NCBI GenBank assembly: GCA_900617105.1
Contig: UYFQ01000001.1
Coordinates: 930,001 to 994,000, forward strand
DNA length: 64,000 nt
Source of the DNA: Hydrurus foetidus
Taxonomy: Eukaryota
Direction of reading: 5' to 3'
A model generated the notes under the pieces. It saw only the letters and a program-made list of their open reading frames with translations. It had not been told where the DNA came from and ran no database searches. Positions 50,498 through 61,073 of this stretch are shown piece by piece. Every line of letters begins with the position of its first letter. The stretch's first letter is position 1. The translations under genes and the position numbers were made by a program.

Positions 50498-51244
50498 CTA
50501 CGGCTTGAAGTGCCCATTCAACCTGTACCTGTCCCCCGGATGCACTTGCCGCGCCAGGGTGATGGGCACATCGGCATTCGCTGTTTTGCGCAGCACGATC
50601 AAGCAAGGCGTGGCCGCGCTCACGCCCAACAGCTCGGCTTCTTGCGCTGTTGGTAGCGCGGCTTCCACCGAGTACTGCGCTTCCCACAGCGGGGCGACGG
50701 TGCGCAGGTACACAGTGGGGGTGATCTGGGTGAAGTCAGTCGCCAAGTAATCCGGGGCGCAGGCGGGGTTCACATAGCGGTCTTCGCACTGCATGGCGAT
50801 GCCGTTGTCAAAGTGAACCACCAGCGTGTGGAACACCGGCGTGCCCTCTGCCAAATGAAACTCGGCTGCCAGCGCAGCACTGCACCTTTCTGCCTGCGCC
50901 ACATGCACTTGCACGCTGTGGCGGTGGCCGCTGGAGACGATTTCATGCTGCAAATCAGGCAGCGTCAGCGTAGACGACACCAGCCCCAGGTGCGCGGCGA
51001 AGGTGCCAACGCCTTGCACGCGGGTCACAAAACCTTCCGTTTGCAATTCGCGCAGCGCCCGCGATACCGTCATGCGGCTGACTTGAAATTGCGTGACCAG
51101 TTCAGGTTCTGACGGCATCACGCTGCCCGGTGGCCAGCGCCCCGTGGAGAGCTCCTTCATCAGGTACGCCTTCACTTGGGCGAAGGGGGCTTGGGCGGCG
51201 CTATCGCGTCGGGCGGGGAAGGGGGCTTGTTTGGGGAAAACCAT
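50498..51244 (-). CDS. hutC: Histidine utilization repressor (GntR/UTRA)
   Basis: PSEPELV..VSRMTVSRALREL..QGVGTF; QCEDRYVNP; divergent from hutH. Confidence 0.92.
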   Translation of the reverse strand: MVFPKQAPFPARRDSAAQAPFAQVKAYLMKELSTGRWPPGSVMPSEPELVTQFQVSRMTVSRALRELQTEGFVTRVQGVGTFAAHLGLVSSTLTLPDLQHEIVSSGHRHSVQVHVAQAERCSAALAAEFHLAEGTPVFHTLVVHFDNGIAMQCEDRYVNPACAPDYLATDFTQITPTVYLRTVAPLWEAQYSVEAALPTAQEAELLGVSAATPCLIVLRKTANADVPITLARQVHPGDRYRLNGHFKP

Positions 51245-51371
51245 TCTGAAATTGTAGGTGTCTGTTCTTGTTTGTCCTTCCTTATAGTTGACTAGTCAAG
51301 TGTAGACAACTAAGATAGATGGACAGAATTTCATCCACCAAGTCACCACCACACCCTCCAAGGACCCCGTT

Positions 51372-52910
51372 ATGTTGCTCACCCCCGGCCATCTCACCCT
51401 CGACCAGCTCCAGCAAATCCACACCCGCGTGACCCCGCTGACGCTTGACCCCGCCTGCCGCCCCGGCATCCGTGCCAGCCAAGCGCTGGTGCAGCGTGCC
51501 GCCGATGGTGACGCACCGGTCTATGGCGTGAACACCGGTTTTGGCAAGCTGGCCAACCAGCGCATCAGCAAAGACCAGTTGGCGGTGTTGCAACTCAATT
51601 TGATCCGCTCGCACAGCGTGGGCGTGGGTGAGCCGCTGTCGGCCCCTGTCGTGCGCTTGATGTTGGCGATGAAAGCCGCCAGCCTGGCACGCGGCTATTC
51701 CGGCGTGCGTGAGGTGGTGATCGACACTTTGCTCGCCGTCCACAACGCAGGCTTGGTGCCGCATGTGCCCTCGCAAGGCTCTGTCGGTGCGTCTGGCGAT
51801 TTGGCCCCGCTGGCCCACATGACGCTGGCCTTGCTGGGCGAAGGTGAAATGTGGGTGGACGGTGTGCGCCAGCCTGCGGCCCAGGCTTTGCAAGCCGCCG
51901 GTATCGCGCCGCTGGTGTTGGGTGCCAAAGAAGGGTTGGCCCTCATCAACGGCACGCAAACTTCCACCGCGCTGGCGCTGCACGGCTTTTTGAGCTTTGA
52001 GCCCGTGCTGGAAGCCGCCTTGCTGATCGGTGCCTACACCGTCGAAGCCGCCCGTGGCAGCGACGGCCCATTCGACCCCCGCATCCACGCCCTGCGCGGC
52101 CAGCCAGGCCAGATCGACGTGGCCCAGTACTACCGGGCGCTGATGGCGGGCAGCGAGATCCGGCATTCCCACGAAAGCGGCGACGACCGCGTGCAAGACC
52201 CCTATTCGCTGCGCTGCCAGCCGCAAGTCGTCGGTGCCTGCCTGGATCAGTTGCGCCACGCCAGCCGGGTGCTGTTGATCGAAGCCAATGCTGTTACCGA
52301 CAATCCGCTGGTGTTTCCTGATGATGGCGCTATGATTTCAGGAGGAAACTTCCACGCCGAACCCGTTGCGCTGGCCGCTGATGGCATCGCGCTGGCGATC
52401 GCCGAAGTCGGTGCCATCGCCGAGCGCCGCATCGCCATGCTGATCGACAGCAGCGTCTCGCGCCTGCCGCCATTCTTGACCGCCGATGCTGGCCTGCACA
52501 GCGGTTTCATGATCCTGCATGTCACCGCCGCCTCGCTCGCATCTGAGAACAAATCTCTGGCCCACCCCGCCAGCGTAGACAGCCTGCCCACCAGCGCGAA
52601 CCAAGAAGACCACGTTTCCATGGCCACCTTCGCGGCCCGCCGCCTGCAGCCAATGGTGAGCAATACCGCGCACATCCTGGCGATTGAGATGCTCGCCGCA
52701 GCCCAAGGCATCGACTTCTTGCGCCCCCTGAAAAGCTCAGAACCCTTAGAGCTGCTGCACACCGCCGTGCGCGACGCGATCCCCAACATGAACCAAGACC
52801 GCTACTTCGGCCATGACATCGCCCATGCGCTGGAGATGGTGAAGGGTGGCGCACTGTCGCGCATTTTCAGAACGCTGCCGGGGCTGCCTGCGTTGTGGAC
52901 GTTGGAGTGA
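51372..52910 (+). CDS. hutH: Histidine ammonia-lyase
   Basis: YGVNTGFG, GSVGASGDLAPL (MIO), QDPYSLRC, NQEDHVSM. Confidence 0.96.
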   Translation: MLLTPGHLTLDQLQQIHTRVTPLTLDPACRPGIRASQALVQRAADGDAPVYGVNTGFGKLANQRISKDQLAVLQLNLIRSHSVGVGEPLSAPVVRLMLAMKAASLARGYSGVREVVIDTLLAVHNAGLVPHVPSQGSVGASGDLAPLAHMTLALLGEGEMWVDGVRQPAAQALQAAGIAPLVLGAKEGLALINGTQTSTALALHGFLSFEPVLEAALLIGAYTVEAARGSDGPFDPRIHALRGQPGQIDVAQYYRALMAGSEIRHSHESGDDRVQDPYSLRCQPQVVGACLDQLRHASRVLLIEANAVTDNPLVFPDDGAMISGGNFHAEPVALAADGIALAIAEVGAIAERRIAMLIDSSVSRLPPFLTADAGLHSGFMILHVTAASLASENKSLAHPASVDSLPTSANQEDHVSMATFAARRLQPMVSNTAHILAIEMLAAAQGIDFLRPLKSSEPLELLHTAVRDAIPNMNQDRYFGHDIAHALEMVKGGALSRIFRTLPGLPALWTLE

Positions 52911-53107
52911 GTGGGGCATTGAGGGGTATTTGTCTAAATTGATAGCTGTCAGCGCATATAAATAAAGCGGTAAAGGATTATTTCATTGATAAGAGGACTT
53001 GAGGTGTGTCAAGCTGCATGACAAAATAGTGTCGTGCTTTTGTCGTGCTAATGGCGTTATTTTGTCGCTCCCGTGTCGCGCCCCATACCTTTGCCTCAAG
53101 GATTCCC

Positions 53108-53992
53108 ATGTTTCCACCCAGCTTGCAAGCCGAACTCGCCAGCATTGAATCTGTCCTCTCCCAGTATCCCGCTGGTTTGACGATGGCGGCTTTGGAGGTG
53201 CAAATGGGGCAGCTTTGGGGTGTGCTGCTGCCGCGCCGCTGCCCGTCAACTACGTACCGCTTTCGCCCGAGGGGGCTGCGGTACGTGAGCTGGTCATTCA
53301 GCCGCTGATGCACCGCTTGCCTGTGGGCTATCAGCGGGCATTTTTGGAGTCTTACGTGCCTGGTGTGAGTTTCTATTTGCCTGCGCCCTTGCGCCAAGAA
53401 TTGCACGCGATGGGCCGTACCTCGGTGGACGCACGGCCTGCAGGCACTTACGCCAGAGAGGTGTTTAACCGCTTGCTGGTGGATTTGTCGTGGGCTTCTT
53501 CCAAGCTGGAAGGCAACACCTACAGTCGCCTGGACACGCAAAACCTGATTGAGCATGGGCAGGTCGCCGAGGGCAAAGACGCGCTGGAAACGCAGATGAT
53601 CTTGAACCACAAGGCCGCCATTGAGATGCTGATTGAGGGTGTCGCGCCAGAGGGACAGGTCGCTATTGATCCTTTCACGTTCCAAAATTTGCACGCCGTG
53701 CTGTCGCAAGACTTGCTGGCCGATCCGCAAGCCTGTGGCCGATTGCGCCGCCGGCCGGTGGAAATATCCGCTTCGGTGTTCCTTCCCTTGGCGATGCCGC
53801 AGGTGCTGGAAGACAGCTTTCGGCTGTTGCTGCGCAAAGGCGCAATGGGCCGACCGGTGCGCCGCACCCGCCGATCAACCCGTCTTTGCCCAGATGCTGA
53901 CCGAGGCATTGGCGCATTTACACGAGGGTAGCGTGGCGCGGTATCGGCTGCGGCGCTCGGAGTTTTTGGCTTGGGAAGCGAGAAGGGCGTGA
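53108..53992 (+). pseudogene. Fic-family gene with two internal deletions; catalytic motif absent
   Basis: Three frames; AGTYAR, SWASSKLEGNTYS, MILNHKAAI present, then a jump to the C-terminal LHEGSVARYRLR. Confidence 0.78.
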
Positions 53993-54036
53993 TTTTGTAT
54001 TTGCAATCACGGCTAAAGTGGATCCCCGAGTCACTG

Positions 54037-54909
54037 TTATTTTGAGAGCGTATGCAATGGAATATCTTTGTCCACCATCAGCTGATCCAGGCTTTTGCGG
54101 GTTTGCTTCAGCAGCCAAGCGGCGATGGTTTGGTGCGTAGCAGGGTTGAACATCGCCATGCGGTCTGTGGATGATTTCACGCCTGCTACGGCGCACAGGG
54201 CTGCAGCGAAGTGGGGTTCCAGGGCGGCGACGGCTACGCGACCGTCTTTGCAGGGGTAGACGCGGTAGCCTGCATGGGCACCGCCAACGGCACCGGTGGG
54301 CAAGGTGAGACCCCAGTTGCGGGGCAGTGCCAAGTAGGCCGCAGCGTCGCTCAGGGCGACTTCGAGGTTCACGCCTTGGCCTTTGGTGAGTCGCGCAACG
54401 GTGGCTTGCAGCACGGCTTCGCTGGCCATCAGTGAGCCGCCCATGTCCGCGTACAGCGTGGGCGGTAAGTCGAAGCCGGTGATGAGGCCGTTGTCGGCTA
54501 GATAGGTTAAATCATGGCCTGGCTCTTCGGCCCGTGCGCCGGGCGCACCGACGATGCAGACCATGGAGAGCGTGGGGTACTGCTTGTGCAGTGCTTTCCA
54601 AGTCAAGCCCAGTTTGACCATGGCCGAGGGGCGGAACGAGGTCAGCAGCACATCGGTTTTAGCGAGTGCCTTGTGCAGCGCTTTTTGGCCTGCTTCGGTT
54701 TTAAGGTCTGCTGTCAGCACTTTCACGCCCGTGTGCAGCGTGGCGTAGGCGGGTTTGTTGTACAGCCCCATCGGGTCGCCCGAGGGCGGCTCGGCTTTGG
54801 TGCAGGTGGCGCCCATCTGCTGGCAGCGCATCAGCGCAGCGGGGCCGGGCAGGTTCAAGGCCAGACTCAAGATGCGCACACCGCGCAGGGGTTTCAAAGC
54901 TGTCGCCAT
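54037..54909 (-). CDS. CaiB/BaiF family III CoA transferase
   Basis: LNLPGP, EPPSGDP, SFRP, GHDLTY. Confidence 0.9.
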   Translation of the reverse strand: MATALKPLRGVRILSLALNLPGPAALMRCQQMGATCTKAEPPSGDPMGLYNKPAYATLHTGVKVLTADLKTEAGQKALHKALAKTDVLLTSFRPSAMVKLGLTWKALHKQYPTLSMVCIVGAPGARAEEPGHDLTYLADNGLITGFDLPPTLYADMGGSLMASEAVLQATVARLTKGQGVNLEVALSDAAAYLALPRNWGLTLPTGAVGGAHAGYRVYPCKDGRVAVAALEPHFAAALCAVAGVKSSTDRMAMFNPATHQTIAAWLLKQTRKSLDQLMVDKDIPLHTLSK

Positions 54910-55042
54910 AGGGTTGGTTCTATTTATAAAAATTTGAAATCTTACCCACTTCGGCTAGAGCGTGAGGTTTTCCAGTAAGGTGAACTTTGTCATGACCGAA
55001 GGATACAAGATGCAGTCACTTTTTCGGCAGCGTCCAGCTTAA

Positions 55043-56333
55043 GGGCAGTTCTATAAATCGACGTTAACCACCCCAAGCCTTGCCTGGGACGCTAAACATT
55101 TCACAATGCGAATTTGTTTTGTGTTTTTTCGCATTTTTGGTGATTTCGAGGCGCTTCAAGGGGGGTTTTGCCCCCATTTCAGGCCACTTGGCCCATTTTG
55201 GGCGTGAGCAGGCGAGAGAAGCTAAAAACCTTGTTGCGCATGAGTATCTCAATGCGGCTGATGTTGTAGGTGAGGTTCATCAACGCCACGCCCACTTTGG
55301 CGCGAGCGAGTCCGATGGTGCGCAGGCCCATGCCGCCCATTGTGTTTTCCATGTGCCCAAAGACATGCTCAACGCGAGCGCGTACTTTGGACTTGGTTTT
55401 GTTGGTGGCCTTTTGTTCCTCCGTCAGAGGATGGTTGCGATACGCCCGCTCATGGATGTGGCTGCTGTGTTGGCTGGCCTGGAGCGCCTTTTCCTGCTCC
55501 TCTGAGCGGTAGGCGCTGTCTGCCCACGTGTCTTTGCCACCCTCTTCTGGTGTGCGCAGCACGGTATCAAGCTCTTGGCTGTCGTGAACGCTGGCATCTG
55601 TACACGCATGCGCCGTGATCAGCTTGGTGTCTTTGTCGATGTTGATGTGGTTCTTGTAGCCGTAGTGGCTTTGCCCGCTTTTCTTTGTCCAGCGGGCATC
55701 TACGTCTTTGTGCCGTAGCTTGTTTGCGTTGTCCATCCACTCTTCGGGGGTCTTGCCTGCTTTGAGTTGGGCATTCTCTTCGCGCCCATTGCGCTGGATG
55801 GGTACGGGGATAAAGCTGGCATCTATGATTTGCCCACTTTTGAGTTCCACGCCCATATCCCCTAGCGCTTGGGTCAGCTTGTCCAGCAGGGGCTGCATCA
55901 GGTCGCTCTTCTTGAGCGCTTCGCGAAAGGCCCAGACGGTTCTTGAGTCAGGTACAAGTCCAGCCAACTCCAACCCTAAAAACCGCATGAACGACAGCCG
56001 GTCCGTCACTTGGTATTCCAAGCGCTCGTCTGAGAGTTGATGCAGGCGCTGGAGCAGCAGCATCTTGAACATCACGATTCGGCAGGTTGGTGGACGTCCT
56101 GCTGCGCTTTTGCGTGGCTTTACATCTATGCGCTCGAGCGTCGTGCGAAACATCTCCCAGTCAATTGCCTCATTCAACCGCTCCAGCGGATCTCCGGCCT
56201 CGCTCAACTTCGCGTACCTCTTGTCGAGGTCAAAAAACTGCTTTGCATCATGGCTTGTGATTAGGAGGCTTCTTAGATAAACGATTTATATCGTTTATGC
56301 GTTGACTGGATTTGGGAATTTATAGGACTGCCC
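55043..56333 (-). mobile_element. IS5-family insertion sequence
   Basis: IRs GGGCAGTTCTATAAAT / ATTTATAGGACTGCCC (15/16); TTAA duplication at 55039 and 56334. Confidence 0.95.
55179..56251 (-). CDS. IS5 transposase; 5' end apparently frameshifted in a T6 run
   Basis: DRLSFMRFLG, IIDAS, GYKNH, WADSAY, RARVEHVFG; MMQSS is out of frame with FFDLDKRY. Confidence 0.85.
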
Positions 56334-56380
56334 TTAAACCAGCTCAGGCACATGCCAAGAAACCAGGGGGGCATTTCAGT

Positions 56381-58801
56381 TTATTTGGCATTCACAGTGA
56401 TTGGGATGCCTGCTTTGGCGCTCAAGCCAGCCGAATCGATGACTGAAACGGTCATGTTGTAGCTGCCCAGTACGGGGTTTGCCCAGTAGGCTGTGAACGT
56501 CATGCCTGACACAGAAAACATCATGCCCATGGGGGCACCCGAAATGGACAGTGACAGCGAAGAGGCACCGGGGTTAGAAACAGTGAAGGTGCCTGTAATG
56601 GGTTTGCCTACCACGCCCGTCATGGCGGTGAAGGTGATCACCGGGCCGGTCGCTGTGATTTTGACGGTGTAAACACCTTGGCCGCTCAAACCCGTTTTCG
56701 TGTCTTTGGCGGTCACCGTGATGGTGTAGGCGCCGAGCACAGGGCTGGCCCAGCTGACCAGACCGGTTGTGCTGACAGTCATACCTGTGGGGGCACCGCC
56801 TAAGGTGTAGGTGATGGGGTTCGCCGAAGTGACTGCGACAGAGAATGAAAGTGCCGTTCCAGGTCTGCCATTGATGAGGGTTGCTGTGACCACGGGGGGC
56901 TGTGCGGCTGCAATCGTTACGGTGTACAAACCTTGACCGCTCAAGCCCGTCGAGCTGTCTTTGACAACCACCGCCACCGCGTAAGTGCCTGCCACGGGTG
57001 TCGTCCAGGTCACTTCGCCTTTGGTGTTGATCACCATGCCAGCGGGTGCGCCCGTCAAGGTATAGGTGACAGGGTTAGATGCCATAGCTGACACGGTAAA
57101 GGACAGTGCGGTGCCTACAGTGCCGCTGATGCTGGCGGGCGTGACTGTCGGTGCTGCTGCGGTCACAGTGGCACCAGACAAGGTGCTCAGCAGGCTGGCG
57201 GCGTTGGGAGTGCCCAGACCAGTTGCCGAGTCGTAACCGACTTTGGCCGTGCAGGTGGCACAGGTTCCATTGCTTCCTTTTGAGATATCTGAAAAGGCGC
57301 TGGCATAGGTGTCGGGAACAGTTGCGATTTGGCCGTACAACAAGGCATGTGGCCTCGCCAGTGCTGGCTTGCTGTTGGTTGCTCGCATGGCATTCGCAAC
57401 TGCGACCATACCCGCCCATTGGGGTGCAGAAATGCTGGTGCCGCCTGCGCTGATCCAATTTACGGTGCTGCTGCCTAGCGCTTGTACCGCCACATATTGA
57501 CCTGTTGAAGGATCGGCATTGAAGGCCACATCCGCCACGGTGCGGCGTGCCAATGTACCCATGCCGGGTACGGCATTGGTCTGGTAACTGGGGGTGGGGG
57601 TGTACAGGCTGGTGCCACCACCTGTGCCAGACCAAGCTACTTCAGAGCGTGTGCCAGTGCCGGTGTACGTCAGACTGGTGCCGCTGACAGCCACCACATT
57701 GGGTGAAACGGCAGGCCAAGAGACGGCGGCCCCCGAGTCGCCTGTGGACGCTAAATAAGTCATGTTGGCACCGGTAAACGTGGCATCAACCGATGCGGTG
57801 TAGGTGCCCTCGGTACCGCCAAAGCTCATGGACACGACACCCGGTCCCATGGCGTTAGCCAGCTTGATGCCACCCAACAATCCATTGAGTGAAGCGTCTG
57901 CCGCTTCGATTAAAACGATGCGTGCCAGCGGTGCTGTTGCGTGTGCCCACTGAACATCCATCGCGATTTCAGTCGCCCAACCTGCGTTGTAAGCGGGGGC
58001 AACGCTGGAGAGGGTGCCGCTTGTCGTGCTATAGGCCACAGAGAGTTCGCAGCCTGTGGAGATGGCTTTGGCAAGGGGCAAGCTGGTGGTGCTGGGCAAC
58101 GCTTTGGTTGTGCAGGTGGGCAATCCAAATTTTTGATTGAATGCGGCCAACTCGGCTGCAACATTGGGGTTGTGCATGGCATCAACGATGTAGATCGTTT
58201 GACCTGCACCGAGCTGCGCGGCTTGGGTGGCCGTCAGGGCGGTACCGGCAGCGGGGAGTGCAGGAAAACCGTAGGCGGCGCGAATCTGTGCGGGCGAGTA
58301 CGTCGCGACCACGCTGCCCGTGGCCATCGGGGTAACCGTGCCATCGACAGCCAAAGCCCGTGCACGCATGGCACGCGTTTGTTCTGCAGCTTGCAGGGCG
58401 GGTACGGTCAAATGACGGGTGGACATGTTCTCGAACTCGACAGGCATCGCCTGTTTGCGGGGGGCCATGCTGGCGGACGTGTTGCTGTTTGCAGCATCGA
58501 CATCATCGGGCTCGTTGAGCAAAACGGGTGCAATGTGGAAGGTCGGCTGTGCTTCTTGCGAAGCCACATCCTCTGGCAGTGCAGCCGTGTTCAGCGTCAA
58601 CGTTGTGGTGGCGCTGGCCACCAAGACATCGACAGGAGCCGCCTCTTGGGTGGCTTGTGTATTGATGGGGATATCTGTAATGCCACCGCCGCCACAGGCG
58701 CTGAGCAGTGTTGCCGTGCAGATTACGGACAGCCAACCGATACGTTTGACACTATGTACGGGAAGCAGTGCTGATTTCAGTGGGGTGGAAGTCTTTTTCA
58801 T
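56381..58801 (-). CDS. S53/S8-like serine peptidase lipoprotein with C-terminal Ig-like repeats
   Basis: Lipobox LSAC; EIAMDVQW, ASTGDSG, GGTSISAP, GYDSATGLGTP; repeated YTLxGAPxGM units. Confidence 0.85.
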   Translation of the reverse strand: MKKTSTPLKSALLPVHSVKRIGWLSVICTATLLSACGGGGITDIPINTQATQEAAPVDVLVASATTTLTLNTAALPEDVASQEAQPTFHIAPVLLNEPDDVDAANSNTSASMAPRKQAMPVEFENMSTRHLTVPALQAAEQTRAMRARALAVDGTVTPMATGSVVATYSPAQIRAAYGFPALPAAGTALTATQAAQLGAGQTIYIVDAMHNPNVAAELAAFNQKFGLPTCTTKALPSTTSLPLAKAISTGCELSVAYSTTSGTLSSVAPAYNAGWATEIAMDVQWAHATAPLARIVLIEAADASLNGLLGGIKLANAMGPGVVSMSFGGTEGTYTASVDATFTGANMTYLASTGDSGAAVSWPAVSPNVVAVSGTSLTYTGTGTRSEVAWSGTGGGTSLYTPTPSYQTNAVPGMGTLARRTVADVAFNADPSTGQYVAVQALGSSTVNWISAGGTSISAPQWAGMVAVANAMRATNSKPALARPHALLYGQIATVPDTYASAFSDISKGSNGTCATCTAKVGYDSATGLGTPNAASLLSTLSGATVTAAAPTVTPASISGTVGTALSFTVSAMASNPVTYTLTGAPAGMVINTKGEVTWTTPVAGTYAVAVVVKDSSTGLSGQGLYTVTIAAAQPPVVTATLINGRPGTALSFSVAVTSANPITYTLGGAPTGMTVSTTGLVSWASPVLGAYTITVTAKDTKTGLSGQGVYTVKITATGPVITFTAMTGVVGKPITGTFTVSNPGASSLSLSISGAPMGMMFSVSGMTFTAYWANPVLGSYNMTVSVIDSAGLSAKAGIPITVNAK

Positions 58802-59174
58802 GGCGTCAACGCTCCAAAATGGGCGAGGGCCACGCTTTGAACAACATGTGTACTTCACTGTACATGCAAGCCGAGCTGGTACTCGGCCATGTTGGTAACC
58901 CCGCTGCCGTGACGCTCATGCGTTGTAGGCCGGTGGCTTTGCGTCCCTATTTTTCAACAGGTTTGCCCTCTAGAAATTTCCACAAAAAAGTAGAATTAAA
59001 TTTCTAATTTGCGGATTCTATACACCCTTCTTGCCTAAGTAAATCTAAGGGTTATTCGTGCTTTTCAGGCTTATTTGGTGCTTTGAGGTTGTCTATCCCA
59101 TCTGCCGAATTGAAGTCTCAGCCCTTGTAAGCCCTAAGTTGGTCAACTTACGCCACCCCGTAGAATCCGCCCCC

Positions 59175-61034
59175 ATGTCCTACCTCGTCCTCGCCCGCAA
59201 ATACCGCCCGAAAAACTTTTCGGAAATGGTGGGGCAATCGCATGTGGTGCAAGCGCTGGGCAATGCCCTCACCACGCAGCGCCTGCACCATGCGTACCTG
59301 TTCACTGGCACGCGGGGCGTGGGTAAGACCACGGTGTCTCGTATTTTGGCCAAATCGCTCAATTGCACCGGGCCTGATGGCACGGGCACGATCACCGCCA
59401 GCCCTTGTGGCGTGTGCTCTGCCTGCACTGATATTGACAGCGGTCGGTTCGTCGATTACACCGAACTGGACGCGGCCTCGAACCGGGGTGTGGATGAAGT
59501 GCAGTCGCTCTTAGAGCAAGCGGTTTACAAGCCTGTGCAGGGGCGCTTCAAAGTCTTCATGATTGACGAGGTTCACATGCTGACCAACACCGCGTTCAAC
59601 GCGATGCTGAAGACGCTGGAAGAGCCGCCTGAGTACCTTAAATTCGTGCTCGCCACCACCGATCCGCAAAAAGTGCCTGTCACGGTGCTGTCGCGCTGCT
59701 TGCAGTTCAACTTGCGGCCTATGGCCCCTGAAACGATTTTGGAGCACCTGCAAAAGGTACTGGCGCTGGAAAACGTGCCTGCCGACGAGCAATCGCTGCG
59801 TTTGCTGGCCCGTGCTGCCCGAGGCTCGATGCGCGACGCGCTGAGCTTGAGCGATCAAGCCATTGCTTTTGGCTCGGGCGCACTGACCGAAACCAATGTG
59901 CGCCTGATGCTGGGCAGCGTAGACCGCTCCTTCGTGTTCCGCCTCATCGAAGCGCTGACCCAGGGTGACGGCCAGACCGTGGTGGAAACGGTGGAAGCCC
60001 TGCGCATGAACGGCTTCAGTGCCGCCTCTACGCTGGAAGAAATGAGTTTGATTTTGCAGCGCATGGCCGTGCTGCAAGCAGTGCCCGCGATGGCGGCGGC
60101 CTCTGCGGCCAACACCGATCCGGATGCCGTTGCCACCGCTGAATTGGCCACGTTGATGCCAGCCGATGAAACCCAGTTACTCTACAGCCTGTGCCTGCAT
60201 GGCCGGGGCGAGTTGGGGCTGGCCCCAGATGAATACGCGGCGTTGACGATGGTGTTGCTGCGCTTGTTGGCGTTCAAACCAGCGGGGATTTCGGTTTCGG
60301 CTGAAAAAAAAACACTGAAATTCACCGCTGAGGCAGTAAAACCGCCTGTCTTGCCAGCGGCGCCACCACCTGCACCGGTCGTCACACCAGCGCCCACGCA
60401 AGCACCGGCGCGGCCTCCCGCACCTTCTCCTGCGCCTTCTCCCACGCCTCATATGGCTGCTTTGGCGGTTCATCAGGACGTGAGTGCCGCACAATTTGAA
60501 TCGAATCACCCTGTACAGCAAGATACATGGGCGGCGAGCGCTTCCAATACCATAGCAATCCAAGTCCATGAATCGCCCGTGGCGAGCAGGCTGGACAGCC
60601 CCCGCAGTGCCGCTGATGAGCCAGAAACCCCGTCTGCCGCACCTGACGCGGAGGATGCCGATTTTTGGCACACCACCGTCCAGCAGCTGATTGCGGCGGA
60701 TGCCATCACTGCAATGGCACGTGAGTTGGCCTTGCAATCGCAGCTCCTAGGCCGTGACACTGGCCACTGGCAACTGCGCGTCGAGCGTGAATCGTTGAAC
60801 CACGCGGGCAGCCGCGAACGCCTGCAAAACGCGCTGGCCGCAACAGGCTATGCCGTCACGCTGGGCATTGAAATTGGCCGCGTCACCGACTGCCCCGCCA
60901 AACGCAATGCCGCTACGAACGAAGAAAAACAGCGCGTTGCCGAAGAAATCGTGCGCGCTGACCCCTTTGTGCAGGCGATGATGCGTGACTTTGGGGCGAA
61001 AATCGTGCCCGGATCGCTCAAGCATTTGGCGTAA
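59175..61034 (+). CDS. dnaX: DNA polymerase III subunit gamma/tau
   Basis: LARKYRP, GTRGVGKTT, IDEVHML, SRC. Confidence 0.96.
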   Translation: MSYLVLARKYRPKNFSEMVGQSHVVQALGNALTTQRLHHAYLFTGTRGVGKTTVSRILAKSLNCTGPDGTGTITASPCGVCSACTDIDSGRFVDYTELDAASNRGVDEVQSLLEQAVYKPVQGRFKVFMIDEVHMLTNTAFNAMLKTLEEPPEYLKFVLATTDPQKVPVTVLSRCLQFNLRPMAPETILEHLQKVLALENVPADEQSLRLLARAARGSMRDALSLSDQAIAFGSGALTETNVRLMLGSVDRSFVFRLIEALTQGDGQTVVETVEALRMNGFSAASTLEEMSLILQRMAVLQAVPAMAAASAANTDPDAVATAELATLMPADETQLLYSLCLHGRGELGLAPDEYAALTMVLLRLLAFKPAGISVSAEKKTLKFTAEAVKPPVLPAAPPPAPVVTPAPTQAPARPPAPSPAPSPTPHMAALAVHQDVSAAQFESNHPVQQDTWAASASNTIAIQVHESPVASRLDSPRSAADEPETPSAAPDAEDADFWHTTVQQLIAADAITAMARELALQSQLLGRDTGHWQLRVERESLNHAGSRERLQNALAATGYAVTLGIEIGRVTDCPAKRNAATNEEKQRVAEEIVRADPFVQAMMRDFGAKIVPGSLKHLA

Positions 61035-61073
61035 CAAGTTTTCATCTTCCATTTTCAAACCTTCAAGGAAATT

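Noticed and set aside
53029..53046. Additional Pho box before fic
   Set aside because: Better explained as part of the inverted-repeat operator
58860..59170. SRP RNA (ffs) or riboswitch upstream of dnaX
   Set aside because: No GGAA-loop SRP core or recognisable aptamer, only short hairpins
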